This document shows positions 36,821 to 50,570 of a DNA stretch of 64,000 nucleotides, in pieces (position 1 is the stretch's first letter; each line of letters opens with the position of its first letter). The stretch is from Torpedo marmorata (lineage: Eukaryota). The notes under the pieces were generated by a model that saw nothing but the letters and a program-made list of their open reading frames with translations, had not been told where the DNA came from and searched no databases. The position numbers were made by a program, and so were the translations under genes. The stretch is from assembly GCA_977017645.1 (NCBI GenBank), contig OZ360239.1, positions 68,076,001-68,140,000 on the forward strand, read 5' to 3'.

Positions 36821-38512
36821 CATTACAACCTACAAAGCGAGGGCGAACACTATAGACGGCTGTGATGCTTCACTACCCAATGAGCTGAACACCTTCTATG
36901 CCCGCTTTGAGAAGAAGACCAAACAGTGCCTACTAGAATCCCTGAAAAGGCTGAGGACCCTGTGATATCTATCTCTGAGGGCGACGTCAGAACATCATTC
37001 AAGAGGTTGAACCCTTGCAAGGCGTCAGGCCCTGACGGCGTACCTGGCAGGGTACTGAAAATCTGCGCCAACCAACTAGCCGGAGTGTTCACGGACATTT
37101 TCAACCTCTCATTGTGGCAGTAAGAGTTTCCCACCTGCTTCAAAAGGGCATCAATCATCCCGGTACCCAAGAGGAGTAGTGTGAGCTGCCTCAACGACTA
37201 GCGACCGCTCAGTAGCACTAACTTCTACTGTGATGAAATGCTATGAGAGGCTGGTAATGGCCAGAATTAACATGTATCTAAGCAAAGATCTGGACCCACT
37301 GCAATTCGCCTATCGTCACAATCGCTCCACAGCAGATGCAATATCGCTGGCTCTCCACTCAGCTCTGGATCACCTCGAAAACAGCAATTCATACATACGG
37401 CTGCTCTTCATCGACTGCAGCTCGGCTTTCAATACCATTATTCCCTCAGTGCTGGTCAATAAGCTACAAACTCTGGGCCTCTGTACCCCCTTCTGCAACT
37501 GGATCCTTGACTTTCTCATCGGAAGACCACAGTCAGTACGAATTGGAAACAACGTCTCCTCCTCACTGATTATCAACACAGGCGCACCCCAAGGATGCGT
37601 GCTTAGTCCACTGCTCTACTCGTTATACACCCATGACTGTGTGGCCAGGCACAATTCCAATGCCATCTACAAGTTTTCCGATGACACCACAGTTGTCGGC
37701 AGAATCACAAACGGCAATGAGGAAGCGTACAGGAGGGATAGATCAGCTCGTTGAATGGTGTAACGACAACAACCTTGAGCTCAATGTCAGCAAAACCAAG
37801 GAGATGATTGTGGACTTCAGGAGGAAGTCAGGGGAACACGACCCAGTCCTCATCGAGGGCTCATTAGTGGAGAGGGTCAAGAACTTCAAATTCATGGGTG
37901 TCAACATCTCCGAGGATCTGTCCTGGAGCATCCACTTTGATGCAATCACAAAGAAGGCTCGGCAGTGGCTATACTTTGTGAGGTGTCTGAGGAGATTCGG
38001 TATGTCACCGAAGACTCTCGTAAACTTCTACAGGTGTACCGTGGAGAGCATTCTGGCTGGTTGCAGCACTGCCTGGTATGGAGGCGCCAACTCTCAGGTC
38101 AAGAATAAACTCCAGAGGGTTGTTAACTCGGCCTGTGACATCACAGGCACCAGACTTCACTCCATCGAGGACATCTACACGAGACGGTGTCTTAAAAAAG
38201 CAGCCTCTGTCCTCAAAGACCCCCACCACCCAGGCCATGCCCTCTTCACTCTGCTAACATCGGGAAAAAGGTACAGGAGCCTAAAGTCGAGCACTCAACG
38301 GCACAAGGACAGCTTCTTCCCCGCTGCCATCAGATTCCTGAATAATCAATGAACCAAAGACACTGACTTACTTTTCGTGCACTATTATTTATATTTTTTT
38401 AATAGTAATGTCGTAAGATGGTAATAATATGAATGTTTGCACTATGATGCTGCCGCAAAACACCGAATTTCATGACTTGTTCATGACATATAAATTCTGA
38501 TTCTGATTCTGA
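36821..38512 (+). mobile_element. Rex1/Babar LINE, 5'-truncated
   Basis: ORFs 36926-37123, 37230-37754 and 37633-38352; (TTCTGA)n tail. Confidence 0.93.
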
Positions 38513-38719
38513 TCTAAAACAAGCATTCTTTCTTGTTGAACATGTATGCACTTAATATGGCATTGCAGCATTTTATTCTAAATTATATCTCAAAAGCACA
38601 TGACGTGTTTTGGTCATAGAATTCTCTGACATACAACATAGATACCTGTGGCAAAAGAAAGAAGCCATATCATGAACCACAATCAAGTTTTACACAGCAG
38701 CTGCTAAAGAGAAAGATAA

Positions 38720-39514
38720 TGAGTTTATTGTCATATGCATTGTACAATGTACATATGTACTGAAATTCTTACTTGCTGCAGCAGAACAGGTACTTTGTAA
38801 AAAAAAGCTGCAAAAGCAACTGAAAACCAGTATACTTAATTGAATTAAGAGACAAATAGAAAACAATAGATAACTATTTAGTTATTTTAAATTTAAATTT
38901 AGACATACAGCACGGTAACAGGCCATTTCGGCACATGAGCCCATGCCACCCAATTACATCCGATTGACCTACACCCCCAGTACGTTTTTGAACGCTGGGA
39001 GGAAACCAAAGCACCTGGGGAAAACCCACGCAGACACGGGAGAACGTACAAACTCCTTACAGACAGCGCGGGATTCGAACCCAAGTCCCGATCGCTGGCG
39101 CTGTAAAGGCGTTGTGCTAACCGCTATGCCAACTGTGCTGCCCTTTGTATACTAAAAGTGACAGCAATAGTGCAGACAATCCTTTTGCAGTATTGTAGTT
39201 TACAATTAGTGTAGTAAGGGGAGGTTCAAGAACCTGGTGGCCATTGGAAAGAAATGAGCCTTGAGATGCTGGTCTTCAGGCTTCTGTATCTTCTGCCCAA
39301 AGGTAGCAGTGAGAAGAGAGTGTGACCAGGACGATGGGGGTCCTTTATGATGTTACCTGCCTTCTTGCGGTAGCACTTCACATATTCAATGGATGGGAGA
39401 ACAGAAACTGTAATGAATCTGGCTATGTTTTTTTTTTACATTCAGCAGCCTTCTGCATTCCTGGGCCGACGAGTTCCCAAACCAGGCTATGACCCAACCT
39501 GTCTTTAAACTTTC
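38720..39514 (-). mobile_element. Old Rex1-like 3' fragment, target of a SINE and of the Mag Gypsy (continues at 44614-44730)
   Basis: GAGTTTATTGTCAT tail and decayed CTTCAGGCTTCTGTATCTTCTGCC / ATGGGGGTCCTTTATGATG C-terminal motifs. Confidence 0.55.
38886..39143 (-). mobile_element. tRNA-derived SINE (HE1/V-SINE-like)
   Basis: Near-identical to 361-610; (TTTAAA)n tail. Confidence 0.8.
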
Positions 39515-40312
39515 TGTTGGTGAATAAAGTATGCTAACAGCTCCACAAAGTGTCTAATTTAATGTGGATATGACAGACTTGCGACAAGGATAAAAAAAAA
39601 ACATCCGAACTCTGGACGACAGAAGCTACAGGGTTTCAACTAAAAAGAAATCAGAAGTGAAGGAATTTTGTTGGAATTAATATCAAAAGACAACAGGAGG
39701 AAAGCAAGTATTCAGCAGCAAGACAAAATGGCAGAAGGGTGTTTTGGAGAATATAAGGAGACCGAAGACTGGCTTGATTATGTGGATAGATTTGATATGT
39801 ACTGCGAGGCCCATGATGTGATTGATACTGAGATCCGTAAGAAAAAACGGGCACTGTTTAGTGGCACCACAAAAATCAAATTCCAAGACTTATAAAGAAT
39901 TGTGTGACCTGGTTGGAGAACATCTGTCACCAAAACCGTCAGTAATCGCCAAAAGATTTGAATTTTATACCAAAAAGCAAAAATCTGGGAAAACAGTTAG
40001 CCAATATCTGGCTGAACTGCGTAAGCTATCCGAAACTTGTAATCTTGGTACCTTTTTAGACGAAGCGTTGAGAGACATATTTGTCATCAGTTTAGCAAAC
40101 GGTCAGGCCCAACAAAGATAGTTAAGTGCAAAGGAATTAGACATCAAGTCCACCTATGACATAGCATTAGGTTTCGAAATGGCCCAACATAATACCGAGA
40201 TTATACAGGGGGAGCACGTGATCAAGAAAATGGACCGACGAGAATGTTTCCAGTGTGGAAAGAACAACCACAACCCTAATTACTGTTTTTTCAAAAATGC
40301 TAAATGTTTCTT

Positions 40313-40915
40313 TTTTTTTTCTTTTTTTAAATATTTTATTTAAAATTTATAAATCACAAAATACATAAAATAAAATATAAAATTATCAAAGTATTTGTGA
40401 TACATTTTCACCCTCCCGCCCCCCTCCCCTCTCCCCTCCCCAACCCTCCCAACCCCACTAATCTAATAAAAATAAAAATATAAAATAAAAATAGAAAAAG
40501 AAGAAGAAAAAAGAAAGAAAAAGATAGAGTAAGGAGAACGCCAATCTATAAACTAATTCTATTATGGAGGTCAAGTATGCCAGTAGATCCGATATCCAGA
40601 GATCTTCAAATCCTTAAACCAACAACTTTCATATATGGGCTCCAAATTTTTAAGAAGAAATGATATTTGTTACGTAAATTATAAGTAATTTTTTCAAGTG
40701 GTATACACGAACGAAGTTCTGCATGCCATCTTTCTAATCCTAAATCTAAATCAGATTTCCAAGTAATAGCAATACATTTCTTTGAAACAGCTAAAGCAAT
40801 TCGCAAAAATTATATTTGATACATATTTAATTTCATCTTAATACTAAATTTTCTAATATCTCCAAACAAAAATATCATAGGATCCATTGGAAATGTAATC
40901 TTAAATACTTTATCT
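40313..40915 (-). mobile_element. L1 3' fragment nested in the gag zinc knuckle of the Mag Gypsy
   Basis: ORF 40606-40806 matches the L1 C-terminus; poly(T) at the left end; 16-bp TSD ATGCTAAATGTTTCTT (40297-40312, 40916-40931). Confidence 0.93.
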
Positions 40916-41169
40916 ATGCTAAATGTTTCTTATGTGATAAGGTGGGGCACACCAAGGCAGGATGCCCAAGATAGAACAAAAAGAAAGAGAAAGAGGACCA
41001 CAGGAGGATGAAAACCCCGCCATTGAGGTATAAGAAACGATCTTCCAAGGTTAAACACCTTAGGGGAGATTAAGAAAGTGAGCCAGAGTACCAAAGTGAT
41101 TCCAAATAAGAAGGAACAGTGTCAGTACATTATATTCTCATCTTAAGTAATCGCAAATCGGAAATTCTT

Positions 41170-44010
41170 GTTCGAATGAAAATCAATAATGAACCGGTCT
41201 ACATGGAACTCGACACAGGGGCTGCTGTATCCTTAATGTCAAAAAATCTGAAATAAAAACTACTGCCAAAGCTTGATAAAAAACAGTCGAACATTGTTTT
41301 AAAGACAATTACCGGAGAAAAAATCGAAGTGCTAGGAAAATGTAAAGTAAACATTGAATATAAAGGAAGTACTAAGAAAGGACTATCTCTCTATATTGTA
41401 GGGATGAAAGGACCCGCATTGTTGGGAAGAGATTGGTTGACACACATTCCACTAGATTGGAAGGAAATTTGGGCCGTGAAGAAGGTACAAACAGTGGATG
41501 ACGAGAAATCAAAGTTACAAGTGCTTTTGAAAAACCAATCCATGTTTGGAAAAAGCCTAGGAAAAATTCAGGAAGTCCAAGTCAAATTACAAGTAAAACC
41601 TGAAGCAAAAGCTAAGTTTTTTAAACCAAGGCCAGTACCTTTTGCGATAAAAAGGGGAATTGAGACCGAACTGAATAGACTAGAAGAGGAAGGAATAATC
41701 AAAAAAGTTCACTATAGTGACTGGGCTGCTCCTATCGTACCAGTCAGAAAACCCAGCGGCAAAATAAGAATTTGTAGCGATTACAAGGTCAAAATAAACC
41801 AAGCCCTACAAGTGCCGAGAGCGGAAGAACTATTTCAAGCCCTGAATGGGGGGAAAAAGTTCACTAAGCTAGACTTATCGCAAACGTACCAACAAGTTGA
41901 ACTGGATCCGGAATCAAAAAAATATGTGGCTATCAACACCCACCTAGGATTGTTTACGTATACGAGAATGCCATATGGGATATCATCAGCACCAGGGATA
42001 TTTCAGTCGGTGATGGATAAGTTATTACAAGGATGCTACTTAGACAACATTATCATAACGGGTCAGGACGACACAGAACACCTAACTACCCTGGAAAAGG
42101 TCCTAGCCAGGTTAGAACAGGCTAAAGTATGACTGCGTCAAGACAAGTGTGACTTTATGGCACCCTCAGTAACATATTTGGGGTTCACGATTGACCACGA
42201 AGGGGTCAGAATAGATACAGCGGGCACCGAAGCCATTTGCAGAGCTCCCTGCCCATCAAACTGAGCGGAGTTGCAATCATTCTTGGGGTTGGTTAATCAT
42301 TATCGGAAACATATTCCTAATATGTCTACCCTTTGCAGCCCGTTAAACCAATTATTAAAAAAAGATCATACAATGGTGCTGGAATGATGAAACAGACAAG
42401 GTTTTTAATCAGTTGAAGGAACTGTTGACTTCAAATGATAATGTTCTTATCCACTATGAGCCAGATAAAGAAGTGACCTTAGCTGTCCATGCTTCACCAG
42501 TTGGTCTGGGGGCAGTGTTATCACAAACCACAGAAAAAGAGGAACAGCCAGTGGCATATGCGTCCCGCTCCTTAACGGCCTGCGAAAGAAATAGAAAAGG
42601 AAGGACTGGCTTTAAACGATTATTTGGTCTTAAACGATTTCACCAATACTTATATGGTAAAAAGTTCATTTTGGTGACAGATAACAAACCACTGAGTTTA
42701 ATTTTAGGACCGAAGAAAGGTATCCCAGTATTAGCAGCGGCAAGAATCCAAAGGTGGGCGATGGAGCTTGTGGTGTATGATTATGATATAAAACATCGCT
42801 CTGCGGACAAGAACGCATTATCACGCTTACCCCTGCCTACGACAGAACAGAGGGAAGGGAATATCAATTGGACGGTAGAAGCCACAGCCATCAACCAAGA
42901 ACAACTGCGTCAATTACCAATCACATCTAAGGCCATCAGCCAAGAAGTAAGAAAGGAGGCTACATTGTCAAAAGTTATGTACCTCACCTTGAATGGGTGG
43001 CCAGACGCCGAGAGCATCACCCCGAACTGAGGCCGTTTTACACAAGGCGAAATGAAATATCCATTGAAGAGGGTTGCCTGTTGTGGGGGACAAGAACGAT
43101 CATACCAAAAAAATGGCAGGAGGCTTTATTACAGGAGCTCCACACCAATCATCCCGGAATGGTACGGATGAAGGCGCTGGCACGTATGCACGTCTGGTGG
43201 TCAGGAATTGATAGGGATATTGAACAGCTGGTACGGAGGTGCCACATCTGTCAAGAAATGCAACCAATGGCACCTCAAGCAAAAGCAAATCCATGGAAAT
43301 GGCCGTCACAACCATGGCATCGGATTCACATCGATTTCGCTGGGCCATTCATGGGAGAAACCTTCCTAATTATTGTGGATGCACACTCCAAATGGCCTAT
43401 TGTGTGGTTGATGCGATCAACAACAACAGAAAGGACCATCGAAAAATTATGTAGTGTGTTCGCAGAGTTTGGGTTGCCGATACAGCTGGTCTCGGACAAT
43501 GGGCCTCAATTTGTATCGGATGCTTTCAAACGATTTCTAAGAAACAACAATGTGAAACATATATTATCGGCACCATACCACCCGAGTACCAATGGGGAAG
43601 CCGAGTGTTTTGTACAGACTTTTAAAAGGGCAATGAAGGCCAGAAAGTCAAATGGAGCATCCTGGAACCATAACATTACAGATTTTCTGCTGTCATATAG
43701 AACAACGCCACACTCCACCACAAAACACACACCAGCGGAACTGATGTTTGGACGCAATTTAAGAACACGACTTACTGCAGTACACCCAAATATCGGACTC
43801 CGCATCAAACAATCAACATCACCAAATAAATCAACCAGATCTCTGGAAATTGGGGAACCAGTACTTGTAAGAGACTACAGACAAAATAAAGAGACTTAGG
43901 TAAGAGGTGTGCTCTTAAAAAAACTAAGCCCATGTTCATATTCTGTAGTGGTTGGAGACAACATATGGAAAAGACACATAGACCAGCTAAGAGCAATCGA
44001 AGACTACAGT
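41170..44010 (+). pseudogene. Mag-like Gypsy pol (PR-RT-RH-INT), frameshifted
   Basis: ELDTGAAVS, WAAPIVPV, LDLSQTY, MPYGISSAP, YLDN (catalytic D lost), TDNKPL, HPG..RMK, HIDFAGP, SDNGPQF, YHPSTNG motifs. Confidence 0.92.
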
Positions 44011-44774
44011 TTCAATTCAGCCCCGGAAGAGCTCTTAGACATTCCAGTTTGGATACAACCAGATTTTGTGGCCCCTTGGAAAGCCCCGGTACCGGTTACA
44101 GAAATACCAGCGGGGAAGGCTGCGCCAGGACAAGAGGCTATCTAAGCATCCGAGAAACAAACCATCGTGCCAAGGAATTTAGCTGCTCCGGAAAGGTCGG
44201 AAACTCGTACCCCTGTTCGGTGTTCTCCACTCCCAAGGAGATCCCAGAGAGACAGACACCCCACAGCACATCTTAAGGATTATGTGCAGTGACTTAAAGA
44301 CATAAGAAGGGGGTGAAACATAATTAGTAATAATAATAATTTCGGTTATCACAAATATATATATATATATATATACTTTAACACGAAATTTAGTTAAGTT
44401 AACTTAGTTAGACTTATTATCTATGTACTAGTATTTTGAGGGGGGGGGAAGTGTTGTGGGAACGCGTGACGTCATCACGCAAGTTACGCGGGTGACGGGA
44501 TTACGTAAGCGACGCGGTAAGGGGCGGTTCAGTTTTGTGTGCACCATTTTGTTGGTGAATAAAGTATGCTAACGGCTCCACAAAGAAGTGTCTAATTTAA
44601 TGTGGAAATGACACTTTCCACAGTGCACCTGTAGAGGTTTGATAGAGAATTTGACAATCTCCTCAGATTCCTAAGTAAGTAGAGGCATTTGTGTGCCTTC
44701 TTCATGGTTGCTCAATGCAACCGAATAACTGGAAATGACGCAAAATACAGGATGCGGGTCAAGAATCTGGTTGG

Positions 44775-45358
44775 TTGTTTTGTGTTTTAGATGTGGACAA
44801 GAGGTTAGTACATTTTTGCATTCTACTTGGCAGTGTCCTAAGGTAAAACCTTTCTGGCTTGATGTGAGTAATTTATTACAACGAATAACAGGGATCAAAT
44901 TCCTGCAGGATCCAATGCTATTTCTGTTAGGCAATATTAAAGGCATTACACCTTAATTGAAATTAAATATGTATCAAATAAAGTTTGTAAAAATTGCCTT
45001 AGCAATATCTAGGAAATGTATTGCTATAACTTGGAAATCAGATACAGACTTAGGAATGGAGAGATGGAATGCGGAAATTCGTAGTTGTATACCACTTGAG
45101 AAAATTACATATAGCTTAAGGAATAGATACCATATATTTTGGAAAATATGGTGCCCATATTTGCAGAGTGTTGGAATGAATGTTTAATCATTTCTCTGGT
45201 AACCTCAATCCTTGGTGAACTCCTTTATTTCATGATAAATATGATTTCTGGAAAAGAACTCTCTCGACAATTTCCGGTCTTTCTTCTTACATCTTGTATC
45301 TTTTTCATTCTTTCTTCCTTCTTTCTTGGGGCTTTCGGAGGAGGGGGTGGGGGGAGTA

Positions 45359-45411
<53 letters not shown>

Positions 45412-45509
45412 CGGTATATATATACCACATGTATAATGGATTAGACTATTTTAAAGATTTGTATTGTAAATTTTATTTGGTGGTTAAAAAAATAATATTT
45501 TTTTTAAAA
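44775..45509 (+). mobile_element. L1 3' fragment (divergent subfamily)
   Basis: CFRCG..H.TW.C and SCIPLEKITY motifs; 14-bp TSD AAGAATCTGGTTGG (44761-44774, 45510-45523). Confidence 0.88.
45361..45409. repeat. (AT)n microsatellite
   Basis: Perfect AT dinucleotide run inside the L1 3' UTR. Confidence 0.97.
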
Positions 45510-45523
45510 AAGAATCTGGTTGG

Positions 45524-46330
45524 GTGGTGCCCGAATAACAATCTTGCTCTCAACATTATCAGAACCAAAGAGCTTGTTTTCATTTTAGGAAGGAGAGGCT
45601 GAGGGACCATGCACCTGTCCGCAGTGATGGAACAGAGGTGGAGAGGGTTAGTACTTTCAAGTTCTTGAGAGTCCACATAATCAGAAGACCTTTCCTCGAG
45701 CCAGAACAACGAGACAACTGTAAAAAAAGCACATCAATTGCCTATACTTTCTAAGAAGGCTGAGGGGGTTTGACATGTTGTTGGAAACTCTTTCAAACTT
45801 CTCCAGATGCACTGTGGAAAGTTGCATCACAGACTGGTTTGGTAATTTGAGTGTCCAGGAGAGCAACGGCTGCAGAAGGTAGCGAATATAGCCAAGACCA
45901 TCACAGGCTCCAACCTCCAATCCACTGAAGACCTCAATGTGAGGTGAAAGAAGGCAGCCAATATCAGTGAGGACCCCCATCACCCTGGTCACAACGTCTT
46001 CACACTGCTACCTTCGTGAAAAATGCACTTCTCGGTTCAATGACATTTCTTTCTTCTAATGGCTATCAGGCTCTTGAACCTCCCCTTACTACAGTACTAA
46101 ACTACTCCGAGACTACAAAAAGGCCTGCCTGCACTATTGCAGTCACTTTTTCTTTCTCTCATTATGGAAACTGTGAATATTTATTACCCAACTGTCTTTT
46201 GTATTTATTATCTCTTTTTAATTTAATGTATACTATTGTAATTGTTTATTTTTGAAAAGTTCCTGTTCAGCTGCAACAAAAATGTTGGTGCACGTGCACT
46301 GTATATAATAATAATCTCATTATCATTGTC
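45524..46330 (+). mobile_element. Old Rex1-like RT C-terminal remnant
   Basis: Decayed NNL.LN..RTKELV, FKFL, DPHHPGH..TLLPS motifs. Confidence 0.65.
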
Positions 46331-47621
46331 ATTTTGTGATTTTCTAGCTGGAAGATGGTCAAAATGAGCTGTAAACTGATATGCTAATGGTGGCTCAGGC
46401 TCCTGGATCCAAAATCCTGATACCACAATCTCCCAGCCACAAATAATTGTCATTTAGCTGCACTTCCTTTAAGAGCTAGAACTGTTGCATTATCTTTAGC
46501 TTTCAAAAGAGATTTTTTGAGCACACACTCCCATTTAAACAAGAAAAATAGAATATAATTTATTTTTGGCGAAAAAAAAGATTAATCAGAAGAAAAGACA
46601 GTGCTTCTCCCTTTACAAAACCATGAAACTTTCAAGGCAATAAAATACAGCCACAATCACAAATCAGTTTTTTACCTATTTGTACACATTTACATTATTT
46701 TGATCAACATCTACCAACAATCTAAGTTCCATTGTATCCATTTAGTTTTCAGTGAAGTTAATCAAAATGGTTTGATATTTTCTTACAGAGAATGAACTGT
46801 AGAAATTTGTGGTCTTTCTCAGAAAAGATTAAATGTTCAAAAATTGTGTTCAGATAAAAATTGAAGTAATTAAATTCTACTCTCAGCCAGGAAGCTCCCT
46901 TTATTAAAAAGGAAAGGAAGGAAGACAAATACTCAGAAACAGGTCACCTTTGTCTCAGTTATAAACGTCTGAACAACAAATTGGAAAGAGTGCTAAAATG
47001 GTGTTGATCATTGTTGAGGTTCAAAGGGACAGAGAACCTATTTGGCTCAATGAGCAACCACAGCAATCTGTATTTTTATTGCACCTGCTGTGTAATAAAG
47101 CAGCCAAACACTGACATAAAGCAAATGAAATTCATCAAAGCATTTAACAAAACCACATTGTATCACGTGATGTGTTTTGGTCAACAATACACATTTTGTT
47201 AAAGTCCTGCATACAGATCATCGATCTACCCCGATAGGTCTGGAATAATGTGAGGTACAGAACAGGAAATTGCAAACGTTGCTTGCATGAATGATGTGCA
47301 ACAGGATTTCCAAAGTTAATTAATTAAATTGCCAGATAACACGAAGGAAAGCCTTATCACATGGTTTACTCAGAATCCTACAATGATTTTCAGTTTATCC
47401 CAACAGTCCTGGATCTGTGGAGAACTATACATTTCATCTTTATTTTAAGCCATTTCTTCCATGTCCTTTTTTAAGGATTTGAATTCTTTAATCCAAATTT
47501 ATACTTAAAACTATTAAAACTGTTAGAGATTCTCTTTTGACATCCTTACAATTGTACAAGTAAACCTTTTAACTTTTGTTCCTAAATTAAACTTGTTCCT
47601 TTGATCAAGAGAAAGTAGATT

Positions 47622-47682
47622 TTGCTGCCGCAAAACACCGAATTTCATGACTTGTTCACGACAATAAATTCTGATTCCGATT
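47622..47682 (+). mobile_element. Rex1 3'-terminal stub (~60 bp)
   Basis: GCTGCCGCAAAACACCGAATTTCATGACTTGTTCACGACAATAAATTCTGATT, almost identical to the 3' end of the young Rex1 copies. Confidence 0.8.
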
Positions 47683-48197
47683 TTTCCTTTTCAAAGTATT
47701 CAAACACTTCACAATTTCAAACAATTTTTTTCTTTCATTTTTCTGTTCTTGTCAAGACCATATTTCACTAGCCTGCTCTTCAAGCATTTGGCATCTTTGT
47801 GGATTTCTTCCAAAATATCTCCATTAATTTGACATCCTTCCTAAAAAGGGTTCTCAAACCTGGAACCTTATCAATGTTCCTTTAGGTTTCAAACACCTTT
47901 TGTGCTCTGCACCCCTATTTATAAACCCAAAGACTGTGTGTACATTAAAAAATAAAAATAAACCCCAACTTTAGTTGCCAGTTTTTTAGATTTATTGATC
48001 TGATGCCTATCCAGAGTAAAAAATAAAAATTGACTGCTGCTAAAATCTCAGGAACCTGCACAGCTTTGACTGCTGCTAAAGAGGATGAGATTCTTCTCAT
48101 CCTTCCAAAGCATATCAGAATTCACAGCAAATTTCATGCAATAACTGAACAACCTACTATCACATCTAAATTAGTTAGGCTAGTGTTTATTAACAGG

Positions 48198-48665
48198 TTA
48201 GAACATAGAACAACTACAGCACACAGTACAGGTCCTTCTGCCCTCGATGTTGTGCCGACTCATATATTTTCTTCCATCCACATCTAAGAGTCTCTTAAAT
48301 GCCCCTAATGTTTCAGCCTCCACCACCATCTCTGGCAAGGCATTCCAGGTACCCACAACTCTCTGTGTAAAAAACTTACCCCTGATCTCTCCCCTAAACT
48401 TTCCTTCCTTCATTGTACAGATGTCCTCTGGTGTTTGCTACACCCGCCCTGAAAAAAGGTGCTCGTTGTCTACCTTATCCATGCCTCTCAAAATCTTGTA
48501 GAGCTCTATTAAGTCTCCTCTCATCCTTCTACGCTCCAAAGAGAAAAGTCCCAGCTCTGCTAACCTTGCCTCATAAGACTTATTTTCCAATCCAGGCAAC
48601 ATCCTGGTAAATCTCTTCTGCACCCTCTCCATAGCTTCAACATCCTTCCTATGATGAGGAGACCA
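48198..48665 (-). mobile_element. CR1 (HER1-like) LINE 3' fragment
   Basis: ERVQKRFTRMLPGLE..SYE.RL..LGLFSLERRR.RGDLIE and FFTQRVV..WNALP; (TTCTATG)-type tail. Confidence 0.9.
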
Positions 48666-48832
48666 TGAGGTTACTCTGAAGTCTGCTTCCGATTAATTTG
48701 CATTACATACAGACTTCATTACAAGAAATTTCATAATTTAAAATGACATGAGAGAAAAAAAATACACCAAGTGTATCGGACCTGTAAGGATCAACAAGAG
48801 TCTTTTCAATATTTCCAAAATGTAGGGCAAAT

Positions 48833-50570
48833 ATCAGAATCAGAATCAGAATTTATTGTCATGAACAAATCATGAAATTCGGTGATTTGCAGCAGCATCA
48901 TAGTGCAATTAACATTCATATTAACCATCTTACGACATTACTATAAAAATTATAAACAATAGTGCACGAAAAGTAAGGCAGTGTCTTTGGTTCATTGATT
49001 ATTCAGGAATCTGATGGCAGCGGGGAAGAAGCTGTCCTTGTGCTGTTGAGTGCTCGTCTTTAGGCTCCTGTACCTTTTTCCCGATGGAAGCAGAGTGAAG
49101 AGGGCATGGCCTGGGTGGTGGGGGTCTTTGAGGATAGAGGCTGCTTTTTTAAGACACCGCCTCATGTAGATGTCCTCCATGGAGTGAAGTTTGGTGCCTG
49201 TGATGTCACAGGCCGAGTTAACAACCTTCTCGAGTTTACTCTTGTCCTGGGAGTTGGCGCCTCCATACCAGGCAGTGATGCAACCAGCCAGAATGCTCTC
49301 CACGGTACACCTGTAGAAGTTTACGAGAGTCTTCGGTGACATACCGAATCTCCGCAAACACCTCACAAAGTATAGCCGCTGACGAGCCTTCTTTGTGATT
49401 GCATCCACGTGGATGCTCCAGGACAGATCCTCGGAGATGTTGACACCCAGGAATTTGAAGTTCTTGACCCTCTCCACGACTGAGCCCTCGATGAGGACTG
49501 GGTCGTGTTCCCCTGACTTCCTCCTGAAGTCCACAATCATCTCCTTGGTTTTGCTGACGTTGAGCTCAAGGTTGTTGCCATTACACCATTCAACGAGCTG
49601 ATCTATCTCCCTCCTGTACGCTTCCTCATTGCCGTTTGTGATTCTGCCGACAACTGTGGTGTCACCGGCAAACTTGTAGATGGCATTGGAATTGTGCGTG
49701 GCCACACAGTCATGAGTGTATAACGAGTAGAGCAGTGGACTAAGCACGCATCCTTGGGGTGCGCCTGTGTTGATAATCAGTGAGGAGGAGACGTTGTTTC
49801 CAATTCGTACTGACTGTGGTCTTCCGATGAGAAAGTCAAGGATCCAGTTGCAGAGGTGGGTACAGAGGCCTAGGGTTTGTAGCTTCTTGACCAGCACTGA
49901 GGGAATAATGGTATTGAAGGCCGAGCTGTAGTCGATGAAGAGCAACCGTATGTATGAATTGCTGTTTTCGAGGTGGTCCAGAGCTGAGTGGAGAGCCAGC
50001 GATATTGCATCTGCTGTGGAGCGATTGTGGCGATAGGCGAATTGCAGTGGGTCCAGATCTTTGCTTAGGTATGTGTTAATTCTAGCCATGACCAGCCTCT
50101 CAAAGCATTTCATCACAGTAGAAGTTAGTGCTACTGTGCGGTAGTCGTTGAGGCAGCTCACACTACTCTTCTTGGGTACCGGGATGATTGATGCCCTTTT
50201 GAAGCAGGTGGGAACCTCTGACTGCCGCAATGAGAGGTTGAAAATGTCCGTGAACACTCCGGCTAGTTGGTTGGCGCAGATTTTCAATACCCTGCCAGGT
50301 ACGCCGTCAGGGCCTGACGCCTTGCGAGGGTTCACCCTCTTGAATGATGTTCTGACGTCGCCCTCAGAGACAGATATCACAGGGTCCTCAGCCTTTTCAG
50401 GGATTCTAGCAGGCACTGTTTTATTCTTCTTCTCAAAGCGGGCATAGAAGGTGTTCAGCTCATCGGGTAGTGAAGCATCACAGCCGTCTATAGTGTTCGC
50501 CCTCGCTTTGTAGGCTGTAATGGCCTGCACTCCCTGCCATAGCTGGCATGTATCTGTCGTGTATCTGTCT
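48833..50570 (-). mobile_element. Rex1/Babar LINE, 5'-truncated, uninterrupted RT reading frame
   Basis: ORF 48992-50644 is stop-free through the RT and C-terminus, but the catalytic FADD reads FAGD; (TTCTGA)3 tail. Confidence 0.95.

Larger units (their letters stand above)
39515..44613 (+). mobile_element. Gypsy LTR retrotransposon (Mag-like), degenerate
   Basis: 5-bp TSD CTTTC (39510-39514, 44614-44618). 3' LTR at 44452-44613 follows a G-rich PPT; the 5' LTR is shortened (39515-39575). Degenerate tRNA-Ser-type PBS TTGCGACAAGGAT. Gag with two CCHC knuckles, protease LDTGA (~41208), RT, RNaseH and integrase in canonical order. Confidence 0.92.

Noticed and set aside
45139-45444. ORFs with YIYIYI tracts
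   Set aside because: Translation of the (AT)n microsatellite in an L1 3' UTR.
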